Assembly (NCBI GenBank): GCA_964496285.1
Contig: CAZBXW010000009.1
Span: 7,366 to 71,365 of the forward strand
Length of the DNA: 64,000 nucleotides
Direction: 5' to 3'
Source of the DNA: an uncultured Phycisphaera sp.
GTDB lineage: Bacteria; Planctomycetota; Phycisphaerae; Phycisphaerales; Phycisphaeraceae
Shown in pieces: positions 48,588-57,439 of this stretch. The notes beneath the pieces are model-generated. The model ran no database searches, had not been told where the DNA came from, and was given only the letters and a program-made list of their open reading frames with translations. A program made the position numbers and the translations under genes. The number at the start of each line of letters is the position of its first letter. The first letter of the stretch is position 1.

Positions 48588-49709
48588 TCAAGTTTTCACG
48601 GAGATGGTGTGCGAGAGCTCGCGCAGGCGTGGGACGAGCCACTCCTGCGCCAGGATTTTCAGGCACGCCGCGGCGGGGATGGCCACGATCAGGCCCAGCA
48701 GTCCCGCCAGCGCGCCGCCGATGAGCACCGCCAGCAGCACCGTGAGCGGGTCGAGGTTCGTGGCCTTGCCCTGGACGATCGGCTCGACCACCCAGCCGTC
48801 GAGCAGCTGCGCGACGCCGTACACCAGCGCCGGCCAAAGCAGGACGCCCCACGACCACGCCGCCGTCGTGGAGGTGTGGTCCACGACGCTGATGCTCACC
48901 GCCACGAGGAACCCCAGAAGCCCGGCGAAGGGCACGAGGTTCAGCGCTCCACTGCCCAGGCCCAGCAGCAGCCAGTAGGGCACGTCCGCCAGTTGCCAGC
49001 CCAGGCTCAGCACCGCGCCCATCACCAGCGCCTGCACCAAACGTCCACGGATAAAGGCGCTGACCGACTGATCCATCCGCTTGAGCACGCGCAGCGTCTG
49101 GTCGCGATCGACAGGTGGGATGAACTGCTCGAACCAGCGAAGGATCGGGCCCCAGTGCCAGACGAAGAAGAAGAAGCAGAGCGCGACCACGACCACCGCG
49201 ATCAGGGCGTAGCTCACGAAATGGACCAGCGACGCCACCAGGGTGGTGGCGAGGTTGTACGTCGCCGCCAGCGCCGCCGCCACGGGCCCGGCGCTGCCCG
49301 CGTCGAGCTGCGACTTCGCCGCCGAGCGCGCCTGCTCCGCCAGCTGGGTCCAGTCCAGCTCCACGCCCAGCCGCTGCGCCACGATCTGGGCGTAGCTCGG
49401 CAGCTTCTGCAGCAGGTCCAGGGCTTGGCTGAGCACCAACCGCCCCGCGACGATCAGGAACACGACGATCACCGCCAAGGCCACGGCGACCAGGATCGCG
49501 GCGCTGGCCCAACGCGGCAGGCGACGCTTCTCCGCCCAGCTCACCAGCGGGTTGAACACGTACGCCAACGCCGCCCCGATGAGGATCGGCGCCAGCACCT
49601 GTCTGATGGAATACGCCCCCGCCACCACCAACGCCGCGATCGCCAGCAGCGCCACGTCGCGCACCGCGGTGTACTGCCACAGATGCTTTTCCGTGGGATG
49701 CTCCGCCAC
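48588..49709 (-). CDS. AI-2E family transporter (PerM/UPF0118)
   Basis: Eight-TM profile with the family-typical C-terminal region GALAGLLGLIVAIP. Confidence 0.85.
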   Translation of the reverse strand: MAEHPTEKHLWQYTAVRDVALLAIAALVVAGAYSIRQVLAPILIGAALAYVFNPLVSWAEKRRLPRWASAAILVAVALAVIVVFLIVAGRLVLSQALDLLQKLPSYAQIVAQRLGVELDWTQLAEQARSAAKSQLDAGSAGPVAAALAATYNLATTLVASLVHFVSYALIAVVVVALCFFFFVWHWGPILRWFEQFIPPVDRDQTLRVLKRMDQSVSAFIRGRLVQALVMGAVLSLGWQLADVPYWLLLGLGSGALNLVPFAGLLGFLVAVSISVVDHTSTTAAWSWGVLLWPALVYGVAQLLDGWVVEPIVQGKATNLDPLTVLLAVLIGGALAGLLGLIVAIPAAACLKILAQEWLVPRLRELSHTISVKT

Positions 49710-49737
49710 GCCCTGATTATCGGACGGGCGAGGCAGT

Positions 49738-49895
49738 GACCCGCAGATTTCGCACAGGGCACCGATTCAAGACAGGAGTTTTTGACAGGATGACAGGATC
49801 AAGACATGGATCGGATCCGTGCATTTCATCCTGTCATCCTGTCAGAACGTATTTTCTTTGAGTTGAATCTGAGAAATCCGCGTAATCTGTGGATC
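49738..49895. repeat. chimeric tandem-word palindromic element (B-type termini, A-type core)
   Basis: Termini gacccgcagat / atctgtggatc. Core tgacaggatgacaggatc / catcctgtcatcctgtca. Confidence 0.8.
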
Positions 49896-50346
49896 ACTCT
49901 TTCAGGCTCAGCGCCGGGCGGAAGGCGTCGTTGAAATCAAAGACGTGGGCGAAGTCGTGGATCGTGTCCTCGTCGGTCTTCTGCATCAGGCCCGAGTCGA
50001 CCATGGCGAAGACGATGTGTCCGAAGTCCTCGCTGGCGTTGACGTGCCAGCGCTTGAGCACCGCTCGCGCCATCAAGCCGTACTCCCGGATGGCGAAGTC
50101 GCGCAGGCCCATGCAAAGCTCTCGGCCGCTGACGTGGCGCGTGCCCGGGGCGGGCGGGTTCTTCGGGTCCGGCTCGCCGTGCGTCTTCCGCACCGTGAAG
50201 TCCAGCCCGCGCTGCACGAAGAGGAACGCCTCGAGCGGGTACTTGGTCTTCGACGCGATCTCGATGAGGTCTTTGGGCACGCGAACACGCTCTCTTCGCC
50301 GGCGGGCCAACGGTGGCGGGGGGGATTCTCGACTCCGGCGTGACAT
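49894..50346 (-). CDS. Minf_1886-family protein
   Basis: YPLEAFLFVQRGLDFT...HVSGRELCMGLRDFAIREYGLMARAVLKRW...DFGHIVFAMVDSGLMQKTDEDT pattern. Start ATG 50346. Confidence 0.7.
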   Translation of the reverse strand: MSRRSRESPPPPLARRRRERVRVPKDLIEIASKTKYPLEAFLFVQRGLDFTVRKTHGEPDPKNPPAPGTRHVSGRELCMGLRDFAIREYGLMARAVLKRWHVNASEDFGHIVFAMVDSGLMQKTDEDTIHDFAHVFDFNDAFRPALSLKE

Positions 50347-50387
50347 TATACGCGGAGTGTCGCGGCTGCGCGAAGCGGAAAATCGTG

Positions 50388-51083
50388 TTAGAAACCGCCC
50401 TGGCGCATCTGGTCGATGGCGGCGGGGAAGGGGTAGCGGGCGTAGACGCCGGTCGGCGCCGCTTCCCACATTGCCGGAGCCGGATAAACGTCGCCCGTGA
50501 ACCCCGCTTCGAGCATCACGCGCAGCACGCTCTCGAGCGTGGGCTCCGCGCCCTGCTCGCTGCGCAGGGCGTTGTTGCGCGCCCCGATGAAGCTCACCGC
50601 CGCCACCGGCAGCCTCTGCGTGTTGCGACGCAGCATCTCCGCCACGATCTTCAGCCCCACCGACAGGTCGTTCATCGTCAGGTGGTCGCGGTCCGGCGGA
50701 CGCAGCAACGCCAGCACCTCCAGCGCGTCCAGATCGAGCTTGAGCACCTTGACGCGGTCGCCGGGGTGGCTGAACCGCTTGGCGTACTCGTTGATCGCCC
50801 GCACCGTCCACTGGCTCGTGGGCAGCGACTCGGCGACCTGCGCCACGATGCCCCCGCGGTTCTCCTGGGCGTTGACGGCGCAGACCAGCGTGCGGTAGCG
50901 CCCCGCCATCAGGTCGTCCAGGAGGTGCTGGCCCCACATCAGTCGGATCTTGGCGCCATGGTCGGCGGTCCTGCTCGGCCGGGCGTCGGGCACCAGGATG
51001 ATCCGGTCGGTGTTCGCCAGGTCCTCCATCAAGCGATCGCCCTCGCCGTCGTAGATGTGCGGACGCTTGGCGTTCGTGGCCAT
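50388..51083 (-). CDS. hypothetical protein (possible macro-like fold, weak)
   Basis: 231 aa from ATG 51083. Only a weak resemblance (LVCAVNAQENRGGIVAQV) to the macro-domain NAAN..GGG motif. Confidence 0.5.
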   Translation of the reverse strand: MATNAKRPHIYDGEGDRLMEDLANTDRIILVPDARPSRTADHGAKIRLMWGQHLLDDLMAGRYRTLVCAVNAQENRGGIVAQVAESLPTSQWTVRAINEYAKRFSHPGDRVKVLKLDLDALEVLALLRPPDRDHLTMNDLSVGLKIVAEMLRRNTQRLPVAAVSFIGARNNALRSEQGAEPTLESVLRVMLEAGFTGDVYPAPAMWEAAPTGVYARYPFPAAIDQMRQGGF

Positions 51084-51170
51084 GTCGGACCTCCCGCTTA
51101 GCGACGCCGCGACTGTGGCGTCAGGCCACCAGTATACCTCCGCGTTCCACTTCCCTACGATAGTTCCCTG

Positions 51171-51922
<752 letters not shown>

Positions 51923-51926
<4 letters not shown>

Positions 51927-52699
51927 GGCGACTGCTCCGCGTGATCATCCCGCCGACGTTGACGCTGCTCGTGGCGCTGGCGTTGTGGGAAGCGGCGGTG
52001 CGCGTCTTCGACGTGCCGGTGTTCCTGCTGCCCGCGCCCAAGGGCGTCATCACCGCGGCGGTCACCCACGCGGAGAAACTGCTGCGTGCGGCCCTGCTCA
52101 CGGGATCGGCGGCGCTGGCGGGACTGGCGCTGAGCGCCGTGGTGGGCGTGAGCGTGGCGGTGCTGATCGCCGGTTCACGCTGGGTCGAGCGATCCGTCTA
52201 TCCCTTCACGGTGTTTCTGCAGACGGTCCCGCTGGTGGCGGTGGCGCCGCTGCTGGTGGTCTGGTCGGGCAACGGCCTGCGCTCGGTGACCCTGAGCGCC
52301 TTTATCGTCTCGCTCTTCCCGGTGATCGCCAACACGGTGTCGGGGCTGCGCTCGGTGGACCCGGCGCTGCTGGACCTGTTTCGGTTGTACCGCGCCGGGC
52401 CGATGGCCAGGCTGTTCAAACTCGGTCTGCCCTGGTCGCTGCCGAGTCTGTTCACCGGGCTCCGCGTGGCGGGGGGCCTGTCGGTGATCGGGGCGCTGGT
52501 GGGCGAGTTCGTGGCGGGATTCGCCGGCGACGACGCGAGCCTGGGCATCGTCGTCATGACCTGCATGCGCGAGTTCAAGACCGACCTGATGTTCGCCGCC
52601 ATCGCCCTGGCGTCGCTGCTGGGTCTGGCCATCTTCGCCCTGGTCAATCTCCTGGCCTACCTGCTCCTGCGCCGCTGGCACGCCTCGGCTCAGGGGTGA
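51923..52699 (+). CDS. ABC transporter permease (BPD_transp_1, SsuC/TauC-like)
   Basis: GTG 51923 overlaps the ATPase stop (GTGA). Six TM helices. EAA-like loop LFRLYRAGPMARLFKLGLP. Confidence 0.85.
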
Positions 52700-52708
52700 A
52701 AGCAATAC

Positions 52709-52881
52709 ATCCGCGGATGACGCAGACGACACCGATCTGATGCGAAAAAAATGAACTCGGATAGGTCGTGTGGGTCGGATGAATCCCGAGTCCGCTGATT
52801 CTTCTCATGCTTATTCGATCGATCCGATCCATCCGAGTTAATATGGTCGGAGTCTGTGTCATCTGTGTAATCTTCGGATCC
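52709..52881. repeat. tandem-word palindromic element, B-type (degenerate)
   Basis: atccgcggatgacgcagacgac ... gtctgtgtcatctgtgtaatcttcggatcc. Inner pair aactcggataggtcg / cgatccatccgagtt. Confidence 0.75.
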
Positions 52882-52898
52882 GTATTGGAGTCTCCACG

Positions 52899-53864
52899 AT
52901 GGCCCGAATGCTGTTGATTCTTCCGCTCATGGTGATCGCCGGTTGTTCCGACGCGGCGCCGCCGTCGAGCGTCGGGGCGGCGCGCAAGGTGCGCATCCAG
53001 CTCAACTGGGTTCCGGAGCCGGAGTTCGGCGGGATTTACGCGGCGAAGATCGACGGGGTGTTCGCGGAGAAGAATCTGGACGTGGAGATTCTCAAGGGCG
53101 GGCCGGACGTCCCGGCGGTGCAGCTCGTGGCCTCGGGCAAGGTGGAGTTCGGGATCGCCGCGGCGGACGAGGTGCTGGCCATCCGCGAGAAGGGCGGCGA
53201 TCTGGTGGGGCTCTTTGCCATCTTCCAGACCGCGCCGCAGGGCATCATGTATCACCAGGCGCGCAGCCCCGAAAGCCTGGAGAAGCTGCTCAAGGCGGGC
53301 GGAACACTCGCCGTCCAGCCCGGGCTTAACTACGTCAAGTTCCTCCAGAAGAAGTACGACATGAGCGGGTTGACGCTGGTGCCGTACCAGGGCGGCGTGG
53401 CGCAGTTCCTGGCGGACCCGCAGCTCTCGCAGCAGGTCTTTGTCACCGCCGAGCCGATCTCCGCGCGCAACGCCGGCGCCGAGGTGGGCGTCTTCCTCGT
53501 GGCGGACTCGGGATACAACCCCTACACCGCGGTGGTGGTGACGCGGCGCAAGCTCCTGGACGAGCAGCCCACGCTGGTGCGCGATTTCGTGCAGGCGGTG
53601 CGTGACGGTTGGACGCGCTACCTCACCACGCCCGAGCCCGCCAACGCGGTCATGGCGCAGCTCAACCCGAGCATGGACCTTCCCGCCATGCGCGAGGCGT
53701 CGCAGATTCAACAACCGCTGATCGACAACCTGGAGACCGCCGAGCGAGGCCTGGGCTCGATGCGCAAGGAGCGCTGGGAGGAACTGGCGCAGCAGCTCCG
53801 AGACCTGGGCGTGATCGAGAAAGTCCCCAACGTGGAAGAGTGCTTCGTGAATCTGCTGCAGTGA
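52899..53864 (+). CDS. ABC transporter substrate-binding lipoprotein (NMT1/THI5-like, SsuA family)
   Basis: Lipobox VIAGC. LNWVPEPEFGGIYAA motif typical of the NMT1/SsuA fold. Confidence 0.8.
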   Translation: MARMLLILPLMVIAGCSDAAPPSSVGAARKVRIQLNWVPEPEFGGIYAAKIDGVFAEKNLDVEILKGGPDVPAVQLVASGKVEFGIAAADEVLAIREKGGDLVGLFAIFQTAPQGIMYHQARSPESLEKLLKAGGTLAVQPGLNYVKFLQKKYDMSGLTLVPYQGGVAQFLADPQLSQQVFVTAEPISARNAGAEVGVFLVADSGYNPYTAVVVTRRKLLDEQPTLVRDFVQAVRDGWTRYLTTPEPANAVMAQLNPSMDLPAMREASQIQQPLIDNLETAERGLGSMRKERWEELAQQLRDLGVIEKVPNVEECFVNLLQ

Positions 53865-53882
53865 GAGGGCCGCCAGCGACTC

Positions 53883-55028
53883 TCACCTGCCCGACTTGGC
53901 GATCAGGTCGGCGAGGAACTTTTCGTAGGCGGGGCGGTCCATCGGGAGGTTGATCCTCCTGCCGGTGAGCCCGGACTGGATCATGGCGTTGGCCAGCTCG
54001 ACGGAATGGATGCCCTGCGACGCCGGCGCCAGCAGCGGCTTGCCGTCGAGGATCGACTCGACGAAGTTGATGGTGATGAGCTTGTGCAGCCCGCCCTGGG
54101 GGCACTCGTAGGAGATCTTGGTGGTGCGCGGCGAGCCCCAGACCTCGGGGGAGTTCGCGCAGAACTCGCTGACGGGCTCGCTGGTCTGGTGCAGTTCGAG
54201 GGACGAGCCGCTGAGCACGAGCTTGCCGCGGTTGCCCACAATCTCGAAGTAGTCGCTGCCGGGGGCTTCGCCGGTGGAGGTGACGAAGAGCCCGGTGGCG
54301 CCGTTGGGGTAGGTGAGGAAGGCGGTGACGTCGTCCTCGACCTCGATCTTGTGGTAGCGACCAAGGGAGATTTTGGCCTCGACGCTGGCGGGCGACCCGA
54401 GCAGCCAGCAGAGCATGTCCAGGTTGTGCGGGCACTGGTTGAGCAGGACTCCGCCGCCCTCGCCCTTCCAGGTGGCGCGCCAGGAACCGGAGTTGTAATA
54501 GGCCTGGGTGCGGAACCAGTTGGTGATGGTCCAGTGGACGCGGCGGAGTTCGCCCAGCTCGCCGCTCTGGATGATCTGCCTGGCGCGCTGGTAGCGCGGG
54601 AAGGTGCGCTGCTGGAACATGGCGGCGTAACGGAGCTGGGGCTTGGTGGCCGCCAGTTCGTCGACCGCCGCCGCCGCCGCCGCCGTCACCGCCACGGGCT
54701 TCTCGGTGAGCACGTGGAGGTTGCGCTGCAGGGCGGCGCGGGAGTAGTCGGGGTGGAAGTAGTGCGGCGTGGCGATGAGCACCGCATCGACCAGCCCGCT
54801 GTCGAGCAGCTTCACGCCGTCGTCGAAGCCCTGGACGTTGTGCGCCTTGACGACCTTTTCGAGGTTGGGGGCGAAATTGTCGCTGGCGGCGGTCAACCGA
54901 AGCCGGGGGGTCTCTTTGAGGTAGCCCAGGTGCACTTGCGCGATGCCGCCGCAGCCGATCAGGCCTAGTCGTACTTCGTTCATCGGTGGAACTCCTGAAA
55001 AAGAAGGACGCTCAGTGTAGCGACGCAA
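53883..55028 (-). CDS. Gfo/Idh/MocA-family oxidoreductase
   Basis: N-terminal Rossmann VRLGLIGCGGIAQVH and family-typical EKPVA motif. Confidence 0.9.
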   Translation of the reverse strand: MRRYTERPSFSGVPPMNEVRLGLIGCGGIAQVHLGYLKETPRLRLTAASDNFAPNLEKVVKAHNVQGFDDGVKLLDSGLVDAVLIATPHYFHPDYSRAALQRNLHVLTEKPVAVTAAAAAAVDELAATKPQLRYAAMFQQRTFPRYQRARQIIQSGELGELRRVHWTITNWFRTQAYYNSGSWRATWKGEGGGVLLNQCPHNLDMLCWLLGSPASVEAKISLGRYHKIEVEDDVTAFLTYPNGATGLFVTSTGEAPGSDYFEIVGNRGKLVLSGSSLELHQTSEPVSEFCANSPEVWGSPRTTKISYECPQGGLHKLITINFVESILDGKPLLAPASQGIHSVELANAMIQSGLTGRRINLPMDRPAYEKFLADLIAKSGR

Positions 55029-55052
55029 GGGCTTAGGCTCTACACTGGGGCG

Positions 55053-56202
55053 ATGCGCGACAACATCCCCGGATTCCTGAGCGATCTGAAGGCGCGGATT
55101 TTGACGATCCGCGACTCTCTTTAACTACGACAAGAAGGCTGCCCGTCGCAAGGAGCTCGAGGAGAAGATGTCCTCGACGGACTTCTGGAACAACCCCTCG
55201 GCTGCCAACAAGGTCGTGGGCGAGGTCAAGAGTCTCAAGGCGATCCTCGACCCGGTGGTCAAGGTGACCGGCGAGATCGAGGACGCCGCCACGCTCTGGG
55301 AGATGGCGGTGGAGGCGGAGGACAACGCGAGCAAGCAGGAGGTGGACAGCCAGCTCGACCGTCTGAGCCAGGAACTCGACCGCATCGAGAAGCTCTCGCT
55401 GCTGGGCGGCAAGTACGACGCCCGCAACTGCTATCTCTCGATCTACTCGCGCGAGGGCGGCACCGAGGCGCAGGACTGGACCCAGATGCTCTTCCGCATG
55501 TACGCCAAGTTCTGCGAGCGGGCCGGCTGGGAGGTCTTCGAGGTGGACAAGACGGTGGGCGAAGAGGCGGGTCTGAAGGACATCACGCTCTACGTCAAGG
55601 CGCCGATGGCGTTCGGGTACCTCTCGGCAGAGCGCGGCACGCACCGTCTGGCGCGGGTCTCGCCCTTCAACGCCCAGGGCAAGCGGCAGACGAGCTTCGC
55701 GGTGGTGGACGTGGTGCCCGAGTTTGACGACGTGGACAGCGACATCGAACTGGACCCGGCGAAGCTCGAGGTCGCCGCCTTCGTGCGGTCCTCAGGCCCC
55801 GGCGGTCAGAACGTCAACAAGGTCGCCACCGCCGTGCGCGCCATCTACCACTACGACGCTGCCAACACGCTCACCGTGGTCTGCTCGGTGGAACGGAGCC
55901 AGGAGCAGAACCGCTCCCGAGCGCTGGCGATCCTGCGCGGCAAGGTGCAACTGCTCATCGACCAGAAGCGCGAAGCCGAGCGCCTCAACGCCTCGGGCGG
56001 CAAGCTCGAGATGGGCTGGGGCTCGCAGATCCGCAGCTACGTCATCTACGACAACCGCGTGAAAGACCACCGCACCGGCCACGAGCAGCCCAACCCGCTC
56101 TCGGTCCTCGACGGCGACATCCAACGCTTCATCGACGCGGAGCTGATCCGCAGGGCGAAAGAGAAAGCCAAGGACGAGGGCAAAGCCGTCCAGCAAGCAT
56201 GA
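55053..56202 (+). CDS. prfB: peptide chain release factor 2 (requires programmed +1 frameshift at 55119-55125)
   Basis: Frame 0: ATG 55053...RDSL then TAA (55122-55124). The +1 frame from 55123 (NYDKKAARRKELEEKMSSTDFWNNP...) aligns with RF2 across the E. coli shift site. SPF (RVSPFNAQ) and GGQ (GPGGQNVNK) motifs are present. Confidence 0.9.
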
Positions 56203-56224
56203 TCTGGAGGCGAGCGGCGCCGTG

Positions 56225-56857
<633 letters not shown>

Positions 56858-56893
56858 GCGGCATGATTGTACGGCTTGAGGGCGGCTGTTTTT

Positions 56894-57439
56894 TCACGCG
56901 CGTGCCCGCACCGCCAGGACGTGGCCGAAGTAGATGCGATGGAACTCGCCGCCTTCGTAGGAGCCGGCCAGGAGCGCCGGGTCGAGCTTCTGGGCGGTGA
57001 CCTCGGACTGGAGCACGACCTTGCACTCGTAGGCGATCAGGGCTTCGTCGAGGATCGGGGCGCTGACCATCGTGCCCGCGGTGGGCGTGAGCGAAGCGGA
57101 GGTGAACTTGTCGATCTCTCTGCCCGAGACCATGCCGCAGTAGGCCACGTCGTCGGCGCGGTCCTCGGGCATGACGTTGACGGTGAACTCGCGGGTCTCT
57201 TCGATGATCGTCTGCGTGAGCCGGGAAGGGCGGACCAGGACCTGAAAGATGGGCAGGCCCCAGATGAACCCGATGCTGCCCCAGCCGATGGCCATGACGT
57301 TGGGCTTCCCGTCGGCGGCGCGCGTGGCCAGCAGGCATCCCGGGTTGTTCAGGGCGTTGAGCGTCTCGGGCAGGCGGGCGTCGAACGACAGGTCCATCCA
57401 GTTCGCCATGGGATTCCTTTCCGCGGGCGGCCCGCTCAC
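56894..57439 (-). CDS. flavin reductase-like FMN-binding domain protein
   Basis: KPNVMAIGWGSIG and split-barrel pattern. The GTG start overlaps the leuS stop (GTGA). Confidence 0.75.
   Translation of the reverse strand: MSGPPAERNPMANWMDLSFDARLPETLNALNNPGCLLATRAADGKPNVMAIGWGSIGFIWGLPIFQVLVRPSRLTQTIIEETREFTVNVMPEDRADDVAYCGMVSGREIDKFTSASLTPTAGTMVSAPILDEALIAYECKVVLQSEVTAQKLDPALLAGSYEGGEFHRIYFGHVLAVRARA

Noticed and set aside
47662-49680. 672-aa ORF spanning two genes.
   Set aside because: Its N-terminal 380 codons overlap the AI-2E transporter gene in another frame and are low-complexity. A signal peptide follows the internal ATG at 48534, so only 47662..48534 was kept.
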